Shown: positions 45,614 through 59,123, counted from the whole stretch's first letter. The stretch: 63,263 nt of DNA, filler included, from Craspedostauros australis (GCA_030167865.1; 4 parts of 4 records of this genome joined end to end with filler, not necessarily neighbours in it); one strand, 5' to 3'. Made by a program: numbers and translations. The notes: a model not told the origin generated them from the sequence alone.

Positions 45614-46701
45614 CTTGCCTGGTGGGAGTGCTCGTCCTCTCCAATCTGGTTGCGTGAAGCTCGGGAATCAACGAATGTTGATGATGGAGTAGTGAGTATG
45701 TGAGGCTCTCTGCTTCTTGTTTGTTGTTTGGATCGTTATCCTTCTGTGTGTTGTATCTGGACTTCAGCTTTGAGGTTTTGTGATCGAGATGTGACTCTTG
45801 TTGTGTGTGGGGGGATGCTGTTTGGACGCGCGCAACAAACAAACAATCCATTGGGCATAGAAATCATTGAATAGTCGAAGTTGATTTGCATGCTCGCTTG
45901 TTGGTGGCTTGTACCCCCTGTTGTGATCCGTTACTCTCACGCTCTTCGTTCTGTTTGCATCAGCGGGCCGTTGGTGTCGACTGTTGTTGTTGTTGTTGTT
46001 GCTGTTGTCGCTCTCGTTCTGGTTCTCGTTCCTTTGTTCGTTGATGTCCTTCCTCGCCGTTTTGATGGGTGGAGGCGTGATGCGTCGTTAGCAGATTTGG
46101 CGAAAGGAATTTTCGAAAATGTGAAAGGAGGTTGCAGAGTTGGCGATCGGTGAGACAGGTGTGCGACATGAAACACATGATATATCATGTGATTTGCTGA
46201 TGGCGATTTGGCAAAGTGCGTTGTGGTGTGAAGAGACAGCGATTGTGTAGTACATGAAAAGTCCCTCATATTTTCGTCGACACCGAACACAAAAAACTGT
46301 CTTCGCGCACCTTCCCGAATTTGAATTTGTTGTTGGTGTCGTGTGTGTGTTTTCGAAACGCATCATCTGTGAATTTTCGGTTTCCCACACTTGGTGTCTG
46401 ACAGGCATGGTATGGTACATGCATGGACAGAAAGGAGTACTATGTAGAGTAGTCTCTCACTTGCGGCCTTCGTGCGTGCCGTGAAGTTGAACCTTTGGCA
46501 ATGGAGACAGAGTGAAGTGCACGTAGAGCAGAGGCAACAATTTCACTGCCTCTGCAGCCGACGATACCGTTGTTGTGTTCTCCGTTTCGCTGCCATCGTC
46601 ATTATCTTGGCCATCACTATCACCATCGCCGTCGCTGTTGGAGGAACTGCTACTATCACAGGCACCGATGCAAAAGATATGACAATCGCAGGAGCGAGCA
46701 G

Positions 46702-49044
46702 ATGAGGAGACAGAGACAGAAAGGGCGGCTACTGCCGATACTCACGGCGTTTCTGTGGCGTGCTCCGTCGGCGGGGATCGGATGCACGTTGCTGCTGCTC
46801 TCGTTGGCGCTTCTGGGTCTGCATTCGTGCAGCAAGCACTGCCGCCTCCTCATCATCCCGACGGTGCTGTTCATTTTCTCGTCTCGATCAACGCAGATGG
46901 GAAGCGCGGTACTGTATCAGCATCAATTCTTCAGCAAGCTTGACAAGATCACAGTCAACAACAAGAACGTCTACGATGCGCACGCCAGGATCACCATGTC
47001 CAGCTCTTACGATAATGGACCAATATCGTTGCGAAACATTCACTGTCGTTCACATGCATTGACCAATCCAAGAATGACATTGGTGCAAGCGAATGCGGGA
47101 GCAAGCCTGGTGCACGGAGAACAGAACGAGATGCAACCAAAGCTGGAGGTCGGTGGCTACAACCTGACTGCCCACGAATGGCTGCATCAGAGTTCCAAAC
47201 ACCATTCCGAAGTGTGCGATGCCGTGGTACGTACACATGATGCAGGGGTGGTACTCTGGTATTACATCGTCGCAAACTTGATTGGTTGGTGCTTGGGGAT
47301 GATGGAATCCTCAATACCAGCATGGACCACCTTTCGAAGCGTATCCGATGACTGTCGCGCTACCTCTCGTGCTCTGACACTATCATACTTCACGTTCTTG
47401 CATGCTTCACGTTCTTGCCTGCTTTCCTTTTGCCTTTGATATATGGATTCCGTGACATTCCCAAAAAATCAGTTTCCCACAGTCTCTACATCAGAAGATG
47501 ATGTGAGCCGGACAGTGCGACGCAATCGCGTAGCAACACAGCAAGTCGCCCATGATGAGAGCAGCACAGCATCCGTGGTTCATGTGTTTTTGTTTGTGGG
47601 AGATTTTGGACAAATTCCACAACACTGGATCAGTGCGAATGCGGCAATGGCGCAGCCACCGCATCAGAGCACCGGCACTGGAGCGAATGTCAGCTTGGAT
47701 GCCGATGGATCTATTCTGCACACGCTTCGTCATCATCCAGATGACTCAACCGTCCGATCAATCGAAGTGAAAAGCTATGCTGTATCCGAACATGGTCGTC
47801 AAGAGCAGCGGCGGAACGAACGACTGACGCAGGGTCGAACAGGAAGCAATGGGCGTGTACAACTACCGCGTGTGCACATCATTCGGAATGACGTGCTGCC
47901 AACGACCAGTTTCTCAGATGTCATCCATCAAGATGAGACGATATCCCCGCTACACGTATTTGAACGTCAGCTTGCACACCATTTGCAAGAGACTCTTGGA
48001 CGTGAAGCTCCCATTCTGTTGCTGTCAGTTGGAGGCAAGGACGGCAACCCTTCGAACTTCAATTCGCTGGTGGAACGATACGAACAAGTCGACGGAAGGA
48101 CGCGCGTGGTTAGTACGAGTCGATGCAACATTGTCTCGCAGCACGAGGCTGTTGGTGTGGATGACGGCACCGCTACCGCCACGACTACGAGCGTTGATCC
48201 TGCAGTGCGCTCATCGTCAACTGATACGAGCGGGAAGAATCAGAAGGACGGCACAGGGGGCACGCATGCCACAATGGTGGATTGTCAAGATGAGCGCTCG
48301 CAGCGCAAGAATGACGCACGCCACATCACACACGTGCTGAATTACTTGTCATCAACGCGATCGGCAGAAACAGCACCGCAGCATCAGCAGCGCCGCGATG
48401 ATGATGCACGACCGCCGCGCCAAAAGCTGAAGATAGCTGGCGTCTTCTTTTCCGCTGGAAGTATGCAAGGCGAGCAACATGGTAAGACACCAGCCGACAA
48501 GAGACGGTTCGACATGTACCTATCTCGGTATATCAACCGATTACGACATGATTTAGATGCGCCGCATGCTCCGGTCATCATCTCCAGGCATGCCAACAAA
48601 ATCAGTTTACGCCGGATGCTGTATCCGCAACCAAAACGTAGTCACAGAGGCCCCGATCGCTCACCGGCAGAATCTACAACCGGTCAGCTCCATGCCGGCA
48701 TTCTATCCGATGGAAGTCACCTACGGTCTTCGAACCCTCAGCGACAGATTGAGCAATCCGATCGACGCTCTGCTGAACATGTGGCAAGAGACGGACGTTG
48801 GCGAAGCATACGGTTCTCTGGAATTGGAAGATCCAACGTGCCACAATCCCGTGGAGATGAGTCGGAGAGAATCGATTCCAAGCGCAGTAGGCGAGACGTT
48901 CAGGATGCCTGGATCATTGGCAACAGTTTAGGATCGATGATGAGCAAATTGCTAGTGACGATGGCATCTTCATCCGTCACGTTAGGATCGTCTGCTGCCG
49001 CAATGAAGGAAGACTTGGAGGCTGTCATGGATGAATCGCGATAG
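46702..49044 (+). CDS. Membrane-anchored SASA/SGNH (sialate O-acetylesterase-like) protein, divergent; exon structure unresolved
   Basis: Hydrophobic N-terminus in ORF 46570-47439. ORF 47443-49044 has VHVFLFVG, IAGVFF...MQGE, INRLRHDLDAPHAPVII and IIGNSLGSMMSKLL in the order expected for the SASA fold. Confidence 0.5.
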
Positions 49045-49538
49045 CATGGTGGGCCATCAGGATGAGCAGGACGGGAGTTCACTCTTCTCGGTACATCTAG
49101 TAGAGCACAGTAAAGTAGAGTAGAGGAATGGTGGTTGAACTGGACCGGTGCGACCTCCCTCCAGTGATTTGCGCGAGCGAGGCCACGAGAGAAAGGTAAA
49201 GTAGAGCGTGACAGGCGACGTTAGAAGCACTGAAGCGAACGAGACAATGTATGAGACACAAGACTGACGGCGGATGTCATGCTTCTCGCTCTAGAGTATA
49301 ATAGGCGCCATGGTCTCCTCCACTCCGCACACCACCAATCCATGGATGTTCAGGGCATCTTTGCGTGTTTGCCAACTTCGGACTTGTTCGTCGCCCACGT
49401 ATTTTCGCGGTGGTCATGGTACTAAAAGAGGCCCAACCTGAACAACAAGAAGCGTCGCGGCTTGAAATGTGCGCACCATGGCGCTGAGACAGCAGCGGCG
49501 ACCATGACAACAACGAGGCAGACAAAAAGCAGCGCGAG

Positions 49539-52500
49539 ATGGGCGACGAAACGCAGCACCTGCACCATGGCGTCCATCTGGGCGACGGCGGCGTGCACGA
49601 GACCGACGTGGACGAGCTGCATCACGATTCCCCACATCCGTTGGGCGTGGAGGGGGAGGATCCGTACGAGCCGCACCCGCACAACCCGCATCATCATCAC
49701 CACGATCCCGAGGAGGATGCGGCGGTTGCGATGGATGTGGAGGAGGCGGTGGGGGCTGGAGGGGTTGACGACGACGACGACGATGGTGCCAATGGCGATG
49801 TCAACGATGGTGAGGATGGGAACGGGGAAGGCGGAGGCAGCGTTGTGGATGTCATGGCAGCGAAGGACGAGGTGGCTGGGAACGCGACCGATGTTGTCGC
49901 AGCGCCTGTTTCCGTCGCCACGATAGCTAATGTCCAGTCACCACCTCCTCCTCCTCAGCCTCTGGTTGCAACAGCACCAACTGTGATGGCAACCCCAACA
50001 AATGTGCTTCAGCAACAGCCACGACATCAGCAACCACACCATCAACAGCACGCACAGCACCGGCAACAAGTGTCACAACCACCACCACAGCAACAACAGC
50101 AACAACAGCAGCAACAACAAGCAACAGGAACCATCACCAAACAAGAAGAGGAGAACAACCACAGCGCTTCAACAGCTGAAGGAGACAGAGGAGAGGATTT
50201 CTTCGATCATGATCCCGACGTGGAGGAACGTCGCCAGGTGAGTTTTGTGAAATTCCCTCTCGTAGAAGATGGTACACATTGTACGGCGAGAACGACGCTC
50301 GGCGAAGGTGGAACTCTGAATTCCAAGCTCCATTTTCTTGGTGGAATCCTACCGCAACTTGGCACCCGAACATGATGGAATCTTGCTCTTCGCGCCAACC
50401 GTCATCCACATCACGCATGTCAGTGTTGGTTGTGACGGAAGCGAGAGGAACCGTGGTATCCAACAAGACGAGTCATGGTTCCCCTTGCAGTTGCGAACAT
50501 TCCATTTCATTCCAGCTCCGCCATTTGGCATGGTGGAGGTTGTCTCAGGTCTGCTTCACGTTCTGTCGTGTTGCATGCTGTTGTGGACAACGGCGAACCA
50601 CAAAGCCATGCGAGGGCTTGTGCACTCGCACCACTCTCCGTTTGATGCACAGCTCGCACCCCGCTAAGCCGCTCATGCCTCCTCCCCTCTCTCTCTGCGA
50701 AATCCGATCTGGTGCTTGCGATGCGCTTTTCTGTTGGGAAACAACACTTCATGATCCACTTGTTGCAATGATGCGATGATGCATGACGCTGCTCTCCTTC
50801 TATTCGACACCATTCGACACCATGAAACGCCGCGACTTTTGTCCTCCGTGATGCATCTTCCAATAGCTGCGGAAGGCCGCAAAACGGCCATCGGAATGGC
50901 TGAAGCTGCTTTGCAGGGACTGGGCCATGGAGAACCTTGCGCTGCTGGACCAGGTGGACGCCAAGTTCATGCAGTACAAACCATACCTCAGAGGCAATCT
51001 CAGCTCGCAGCTGCTCTGCAAGTTATCGCTGCTGCCGGTTCCAATACCAACACCCACGTCCTTTGCCGGCGCTGGCGACGCGCACTCCAACAACACTGGT
51101 CATCTTCTACCGAACGGGGTCGACAGGGATGGCAACGTATGCAACTTGCAGCCGGCGAGTTCCACGGGAACGCCAGCCCACGGCGTGGCTGCGGCCACCG
51201 GGCAGTCCTCCACCGCGCACCCTCTTGAGAAGACGCTGTCTCCCGAGGCCTATCACCGATCATCTCCAGTGGACTTTTGGCACATGATGGGCATCACGGA
51301 TGAATTTGACAAGGCCTACATCGTCACGCAGATGGAGCGATTCAACCTGCTTTACCACATCCGCATTCCGGAGATCGCAACTCCTCCGAGCGCGCTCATG
51401 CCACCACAGGCATCAGAACCACAGCAGCGGTTGGAGCGGGATACCATGCCTGTGTCGGTCATGGAATTGGAACCTTCAACGTTGACGCGGGAGTCGCCGG
51501 GGTTGTCCCCAGCGCCAGTCGCAGCTGCGACGAAAGCAGGAACGATGCCTTCGAACACCATGGACATCCCAACGCCGCCGCCGCCATCGCACACCGTCAA
51601 CACTGCAGACGGCAGCACCGTTGTCACGGATCATTTGGACGCGCACGGGAACTCAGCTGTCGCACCCGACGCTCCGATGCCCACTACGGCGATCGACATG
51701 CCGCCTCCCACCTTGGACTCGGAGCATCATCATATTCACAATCCGCAAGGCCACAGCCCCATGATGAATCATACTTACGGCCAAGCCCAACCAAGCCAAT
51801 CAACCCACGAGCAACATGTTCAGTACTCGCACCACAATCCGCATGCACACTCACACTCACATCCGCATGCACACCAATCTGCAGTAGCGGCTACGGATCC
51901 CTCAACGGTTGCCACAGCCGCTGCAGCAGCCGTCGCAGCCTCCACCGTCGATCATCTGTTCGTTTCGGATGATGCCACAACTGCCGCCGCAGCAGCAGCC
52001 GCGGGGATTGCGGCAAACGCAGGCATGTACAGCATCGACCAAACCGCGGTTGCAGCAGCGTCCACCGTCGACATACAAAAGGTCACCAAGAAGCAGATCG
52101 AGTTGGCGGCGGCCGTTGCAGCCACAGGCGGAGTGGATGCATCCAACGTTGATATTGAAAAGGCAGCGATCGCCGCGCAGCAGGTCCACTCGCCCAGCAA
52201 TCCGACACCGCAGATGATGCCCACGCATGTGCCACTGCAAACAGCCACCGCGAATGACCAGACACATGGCCACGCGCAGGTCCATCCTCAAGCGTACAAT
52301 CATCTGCATGCGCAAGTCCAGCTGGTAGCGCATCATCCACAGGCGGCACACGGCGGCACTCTTCACCATCAGCAACTTCCAGGCGTGGTGCACGGTACAG
52401 GTGAAAGGGGTCTGGACCAAGACCGCAAGATGCACATCAAGCGGGAGCAGCGCAGGCTCACGCAGGAACGGAAGGAGCAAAAGGCGCGGGAAAGAGAAAA

Positions 52501-53785
52501 GATCGCCATCCAAAAAGCGGCGGAGCGCATGCGGCGAGAGAATTCCAGGGAAGAGCGCCGCAGGAAGAAGCTGGAGATTCGCGTGCAGAGAGAGAAGTTT
52601 GCGCAAGAGCAGAAGGAAGCAGCTTTGCAGCGCTGTGCGGAGCTCGTGGCATCCAACCGCGTTCCCATAGAGATCACCCGCGGCGCCACAGCGGCCAAAG
52701 CGGCTGCCAACGCGGCACTTTTGGCGGGTGGTGCCAGCGCCATGAACAGCGAACCGCCCAATCCGCCGAAGAAGCAGCGCTCCGCCATCATCGTGTCCAC
52801 GGCCGGCGATCTACACGCGATTGTCACGCACTCCAAGAACCTCTGGGCCAAGTACAATGCCATCGCCAAGGAACACAACCAGAAGGTCAACTGGAGCACG
52901 GTGGCCAAGGAATTAGGGATACACGTCAAGGTGCGGGAGAAGTACGCAAGGATGCACAGCCGCGCGGAGCAACGAGGATTCGATTGGAAGCTGAATCATG
53001 ATTGGAAGATCAAGGATCATCCCGATGTTTTTCTGGAACCAACTCAGGCCGAGCAACGCGCGAAGATGCCGCCGATGCAAAGAGATACCAGAACAACGGA
53101 GATCATCGATCCGCACAAGCTCATTCCAGGCGTGGGATTGGATGTTGGCATGGGACTGGAGGCAAGCGCTTCCCCGACAACAACTGCAGTTGCTGTGGCC
53201 GCTGCTGCTTCTGTGTTGCACCATCATCATCAACAACAGCAGCAGTCGCAACAGCATCAGCCGCAGCCGCATCATGAACCACAACACCCGCCGCCTCCTG
53301 AGCTTCAACCGCAGCAGTCTCATCATCAACAACAACAACAATCTTTGCCGCAACCGCATCAACCTCAACCGCCACTGCCGCAACCTCACCAGCAACACCA
53401 CGAGCAGACGGCAACAGCACCCGTAAGGACGGCAGAGGAGCAGGCCGCTGCTGCCGTTGCCGCCGCCGAGGTTGTGGACGCTGCTGGCGTCGCCACTGCT
53501 CACACGACGGCACCTGGCGTCCCTTCGTCTGAGATTCACATGCAAGTGCCCGTTCCTACCATGGTACCGGCCGAAGCTCTCGCGCAACCCCATCAGCAGC
53601 AGCAAAATCATCATCACCACCACCATCAGCCGCAACAACACCAACAGCCGCCATTGATGCATCCTGCAATGGAAGATCCTGCGGTAGCGCAGGCTCCGGG
53701 TATTTCGCCAACGCTCGTCGCTGATCCAACAACGGGTTACACTCCTCCATCCATGGAGATTGCATCGCCTCCGATGAAGATGTAA
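49539..53785 (+). CDS. Large Q/H/A-rich hypothetical protein, possible transcriptional regulator; join(49539..50237,50867..53785)
   Basis: A phase-0 GTGAGT...TAG intron joins ORFs 49539 and 50927. Charged coiled coil, NLS-like PPKKQR and a compact domain with NWSTVAKELGI. Confidence 0.75.
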
Positions 53786-54131
53786 AGACAGAGACACAAG
53801 GTATCCCAAGCACGGGGACTGCTCGATAACTACTAGTTTCTACGATCTGGTTGGGATGGTGCTCGTCGTGTTCTTCGGAGCACACCTCCTGGACAAAGCA
53901 ATTCGAAGGAAAGGACGATGCTTGCGGGACCGAAAAGTCAAACTAGAGTACCAATACCCATCACGCCAAATAGATGTGCGAGTTGCGCGTATCGTTCCCT
54001 CACCGTATGCGCGATCATAACATCACAACATAATTCTTACGCACACGGTTCTGACTCACAATACTCGTACCTACACACAGCATGCAGATACCACGAATGG
54101 AATAATGGTCTCGAGAGAACTATTGGCAAAA

Positions 54132-54800
54132 CTATGTCGTGATCGAATCCAGTATCTTTCTCGCCCGTTTGTATTCCTTCCGCTTGTCGTGACCGTCAAG
54201 CTTCTTCCAACGCGAAGCATCATCTTCATCTACATCTGCATCATTGTTTGGGTTCTTGTCTGCATCTTGCGTTGCCTTCGTGCTGCTTCCGCTCTCCTCG
54301 TCCTTCGTTTCTGATCCGTTCGCTGTCTCCGCCTCACCTTCTTTCGATTTTTCATACTCCTTGTACCGCTGCGCGCGACGCGTAGCATCCGAACGAATGC
54401 GCTTCTTGGTAACATCGCCGTCTAACCCCAGCAAGTACTCTAGAAGCAGACCAAAAGTCGCCTTGGCCACCTTATCCGCCTCGTACATATGACGAATGAG
54501 CCACGATTGCGTGTTCTTGTTGAATTTCCAATCCGTCCCGTGCTTCTTATGCTGCTGCCACAGCTTCAGGTACATGGCGGCCTCGCTGGGGTCCTTGATG
54601 TGCTTGTTGCCGCTGCGCCGTTTCTTCTTCTGCGCGGCACCCGCGCGACTCTGCTGCAGTGTCTTGAGCTCCGCCTGATGGCCGTCCGGTTTGGAAGAAG
54701 CGATGATTTGCTGCTTCGTGCGTTCCACGTCGGCTTGCAGAACGTGCTTGCTGATGCGCTTCTTTTTGCGCGTGGCTTTGGAGTTGCTGCTGATCGCCAT
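54132..54800 (-). CDS. WKF-domain (DUF2373, C7orf50-like) protein
   Basis: AAMYLKLW...DWKFNKNTQSWLIRHMY...LLLEYLLGL; C-terminal RARKIL. Confidence 0.88.
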   Translation of the reverse strand: MAISSNSKATRKKKRISKHVLQADVERTKQQIIASSKPDGHQAELKTLQQSRAGAAQKKKRRSGNKHIKDPSEAAMYLKLWQQHKKHGTDWKFNKNTQSWLIRHMYEADKVAKATFGLLLEYLLGLDGDVTKKRIRSDATRRAQRYKEYEKSKEGEAETANGSETKDEESGSSTKATQDADKNPNNDADVDEDDASRWKKLDGHDKRKEYKRARKILDSITT

Positions 54801-55660
54801 CGTCGTTCTTGCGTTGGCCGCAACAAACGCTGATCGCAACGGTGTACGTAATAACCTATTATAGAATAGTTGGTGCAGCCCACGATGCTGTTGTTGGTAT
54901 GCGGAGCGTCCAGGAGACTGTTTTGTGGTGATTGGTGATGGGGGATGGTCTCTCCGGAAGAGGACCCCAGTATTGGATTCGTGGGAAAAAATTGGTTGGT
55001 TGTGCTTTTTTGGCGCCATTTGATTCGATCGACTAACGTGTGGTTGGTGAAAATCACTCATTTGTCGGATCGGATGAGGACGAGCAAAAAATGAGGCATC
55101 ATGATGGAATGTGGGGACCGTGCACACGTATTGCATGGCATTGTATTGCACGGCATCACAGTTGGTCCGTACAGTATGAAGCAGTGCCAACAATCGAGCT
55201 GATCGTTCCCAGTGGACGGAGAGCTGTTCTGCTGATACTGCCACTATTTGCATGCACCGTGCGTGGCCATGGCCTCTCGTTGATGGTTTGTGGAGATAAT
55301 CACATTCGAGCGTGACGGCTGGCTGGTCCAGCATGATGATGGGGATCGGAGTGATGCGTCCATCCTGCCACCGTCCGTTACATTCTCATCGCGTCAACAA
55401 ACTGGATGGTGGCCAGTTCTATCGTTGCGTTTGCTGTTGCTCAACCCACAATCCATTGCTGTATGGTACCATGCATGAGCGGAGAGCTATCGTGGAGTGT
55501 AGCCGAATGATGTAGCACATTGTAATAGGATATAATGATATAGACGTACAACCTGGAGTATGCAAGTTTCTCCTGCACGTGCACATGCGCATGCATGACC
55601 CTGTCTTCGTCCAAGTACTTGTTAGTATGATTGGTGCATACTCTCCACCGCAAGGCTGTC

Positions 55661-56809
55661 CTATGGTGATATCATGACATGTTGCGATGACGATCGTGAC
55701 GACGTGTTGCTTCTGTTGCCGCCCTGGATGTTGACCTCTCTTGTGGGAACGCAGCAAGTGTTCCTCACAATGGTGCTGGGGCTATTATCATCCATGACGC
55801 TCGGATCCCGCTTCTCTTGCAACGCCTCTCCTATTCTCTTCGATTCATCGTCTCTCGTGGGCGTAGCTTCTGAACCATCCCTGCACGGCATCAACTCATC
55901 CTCCGAATCAGAGTTGGCTTCAGTGGAGCTTGTGCTGCTGATCGACACTCCTCCTGATGGATGCTTCTCTTGGTGCACCTGCGATTGCGATTGCGATGGA
56001 GTCTGCTTGTGCTTCGACTTCGGCTTCTGCGTGTGTGGTGGCATGTTGCCGTCAATGAGATAATCCACGATGAGAACCAATTCCACATCGTCGAATGCAA
56101 TCCCTGTCAGCTCGTCCACCACGTCCACGAACATCTGGAATTCATCCAAGCCCATTCCAGCATTCTGCCCCTCTTGCTCCAACGCCACCAGCATGCAACC
56201 ATAAGCGACGCGCGACGGAGTTGCCGACGTCCAACCATCCTCTTGCACCATCTCGAACACCAGCTTCCGGCATTGTCTCATCACATCCTTGCGAAGCGTC
56301 GAGCATTCCATGTGCAACAGAATGTGCGACAGCTGCTCGATGAAGCAGTGCGCCGTCGGAGGATGCAGCTTCCATTGCAATGCCTTGAGGATCCGTGTTT
56401 CCATGTCCGCCACATCGTCATCTCGGAATGCCCCGTGGCTCAGCTTCAGCAGCTCCCTCATGGGGAACAGCTTGACTTCGTACAGCTTCATGGCCAGGTG
56501 CAACGACGTCAGAGCGACGAGCTGGTAGTCCGTCGATTCAGAGACCAATCCCTGTCTTACCGATGAATCCGCGAGATACATCCCCACTTCGAGGATGCAC
56601 GGCTTGAGATGGAAGATCTGGACGATGTTGTTCATCCACACCACGATCATCTGACGCCAGTTGGAATCCACCGCGTCTGGCACATACTTGTGAAGCATGT
56701 TCTGCTGTCTTTTGTAGGTGGACTGCTCCAACGCCATCATCACCTCCACTCGATCCTGCATGGCGGCAAGCTCTTCCGTCAGCACTTGATGCGATGATTC
56801 CTGCTTCAT
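55661..56809 (-). CDS. Cyclin (diatom-specific cyclin-like)
   Basis: Cyclin box WRQMIVVW...YQLVALTSLHLAMKLYE...METRILKALQWKLHPPT; ATPSRVAYG; S/E-rich tail. Confidence 0.9.
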   Translation of the reverse strand: MKQESSHQVLTEELAAMQDRVEVMMALEQSTYKRQQNMLHKYVPDAVDSNWRQMIVVWMNNIVQIFHLKPCILEVGMYLADSSVRQGLVSESTDYQLVALTSLHLAMKLYEVKLFPMRELLKLSHGAFRDDDVADMETRILKALQWKLHPPTAHCFIEQLSHILLHMECSTLRKDVMRQCRKLVFEMVQEDGWTSATPSRVAYGCMLVALEQEGQNAGMGLDEFQMFVDVVDELTGIAFDDVELVLIVDYLIDGNMPPHTQKPKSKHKQTPSQSQSQVHQEKHPSGGVSISSTSSTEANSDSEDELMPCRDGSEATPTRDDESKRIGEALQEKRDPSVMDDNSPSTIVRNTCCVPTREVNIQGGNRSNTSSRSSSQHVMISP

Positions 56810-57848
56810 CGTGGATTTATGTTTCCGTGCGTGTGTGCGGATGTGTGGATGTGTCGCGTGGATGCGTACAATTCGTGCTTGCGTGTGTACGGATTGATGA
56901 TGTGCACTCGAATGGAAAGCCTGAGAGTTCTTCTGTGAGAGTCTAGATGTGATTGACGGTGAGAGAGAAGACGAGCAACGTGCCTCGCGGTGATTCCACG
57001 TTCGGTATCCTCGAACTCTTTGCGTTGTGCTGCGGTCGACGCGAGCGTGGCAGTGTAGCAGGGATGGGAGAGAGAGAGTTGACAACCTGACAATTTGTGA
57101 CGTTGCGATACGCTGCGTTGCGTTGAGTTGTTGCTTTCGTTGCTGTCGTTGTGTCAGAACGCCACGAAAGATAGCTCAGTGCTTCAATAGCAATGGCCGA
57201 TCAATGGACTGTTCGCTCGGCTGTCTGCTCACTTGCTTGCTTGGTCGCTTACTTGTTGTCTTGCGCTGGATGGGAAAGCCTCGAATTTGCCACAGAATGG
57301 AAGATTATGTGAGAGTTGCGGATCGTGGGAGACCACGTTCTTCGTTCTCTGTCGTTATCGTTTCTCCTGCTGTTGGGATTGGGATGAGACGTTGCGAGCC
57401 TTTCCTTCGGCTTCCTTGTGAGTGTGCGTTGATTGTCTCTCGCTTGACTTGCTGCTTACTGATGCTTGATGCAACGCGTGGTGTGATGCTCGGCACTTTG
57501 TGTGTTGTGAATGGAACGTTGATTGCGTCGATGGCTGAATCAATGAGCGAAACGTTACGTCAATCAATCATTTTGCTTGTTCGATGAAAGTAGCGGCGGA
57601 GACACCGCGTTCGGAAATCCACACAGTCGCACCACGGCGTAAAACGCCCTCCAAGCTCCATCAAGCTCTGCCAAGTTCCACCACAAGAGCACCCTCACAG
57701 ACTGCTCCACGGCGCAGAATTCCGCGATGCGACTTGGCGATCACCACACGCAGCGTGGATCTTGCGAGCAATTTTTTGTGGCGCCCAAATTCTGCCAACA
57801 TGGTCCTTCCCCACCAAAATTGTGGCGTGCGATTTTGTGTTTTTGTGT

Positions 57849-57948
57849 NNNNNNNNNNNNNNNNNNNNNNNNNNNNNNNNNNNNNNNNNNNNTTAATTAA
57901 TTAANNNNNNNNNNNNNNNNNNNNNNNNNNNNNNNNNNNNNNNNNNNN
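57849..57948. other. Artificial contig spacer
   Basis: 44 N + TTAATTAATTAA + 44 N. Confidence 0.95.
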
Positions 57949-58848
57949 GACAACAGGGCAATCGAGACAAATGCAGATCTCGATCGATCACCATCGTTGA
58001 TCCATCTTCGGAACAAGATGAACAAGAAGTGGTGCTACTGTGACTCCCTTGGTGCCATCACCAAACGCCTATCTCACCACTTGGCTGTGGCATGGACTCA
58101 AACCCGACTGGCACGTGAAACGAATGACCAGGAGAGGCTCAGAAAAATTGAAGAAAACCTCAGTCTCCCCAGTGGCGTCAAATCATGCCATGGTGGCGAG
58201 TTCAAATTGAATGGGGCGCCAGAGACTCGGCAGCCATTGCTTGCCATCCTTGGTAAGCCCCCAGCTGAGAGGACTGCATCAGAGGCATCCTTTGTTGAAA
58301 GCTTGTACAAAGGGGACCATACCCTTGTGACAGTTCCCAACAAGAAGAGAAGCTGTGTGGTATGCAACCTGCAAGTCACAACATATTGTACAGGATGTCA
58401 TCTCACAGTCTGTGGAGTGGGCACAAAGGCAAAGTCTGCATGGATGGAGACATGCGGCATCTCAAGTCATGTGGCGATGTTGAAGGCATCCACGAAAGAC
58501 GGGGTCCTGGTGATTCCCAACACATGCCATCGCATCCTGCATGGCACAAACACCAAATGGTGCACGAAGGTTGGGAAAGGATTGAAGAAGGCTGCTCAAC
58601 CTGCAGTCGTGGCAGTTCAGAACAGTCACGAACCAGCTGAAGAAGCTGGAACAGATGGCAGGGCAGCGGCAGCAGCAGTAGCACAAGTAACCCAAGAGGG
58701 TGGAGATGACGAACAGGATGAAGAAGAATCGCAAGCAAGGAGGGAGGCAGACAACAGGAAGGCCGCGGCAGAGATGAAGAAACGAGCGGCAGCTCAATTT
58801 GCCGCTGAACAGAAGGCTCGCAGCAAGAAACGACACCGCACAACCTGA
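57949..58848 (+). mobile_element. Probable transposase C-terminal fragment with a Cys-rich zinc finger (piggyBac CRD-like)
   Basis: KKRSCVVC...TYCTGCHLTVC...CHRILH; CpG-poor; truncated by the contig start; no catalytic core visible. Confidence 0.5.
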
Positions 58849-59047
58849 GAGCACTCTAGAGAGATCAAAGCCAGCAGTAGGGAAAAGCAGCATCAATAGC
58901 ATATCAGCTCACCTACGCAGATGCAACAGATCTGTGCCAGAAGNNNNNNNNNNNNNNNNNNNNNNNNNNNNNNNNNNNNNNNNNNNNNNNNNNCAATGAC
59001 ACGAAAATCAAACGGATTATGAACGCGAAAGGCAAACTACGGAAATG

Positions 59048-59123
59048 AAATTAACACGTGAATACACGCGAAAGGCAGACCAAAAAAATAAAAATTAACA
59101 CGTGAATACACGCGAAAGGCAGA
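59048..59123. repeat. Two-copy direct repeat AAATTAACACGTGAATACACGCGAAAGGCAGA
   Basis: Directly visible; a partial third copy lies near 59023. Confidence 0.85.
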
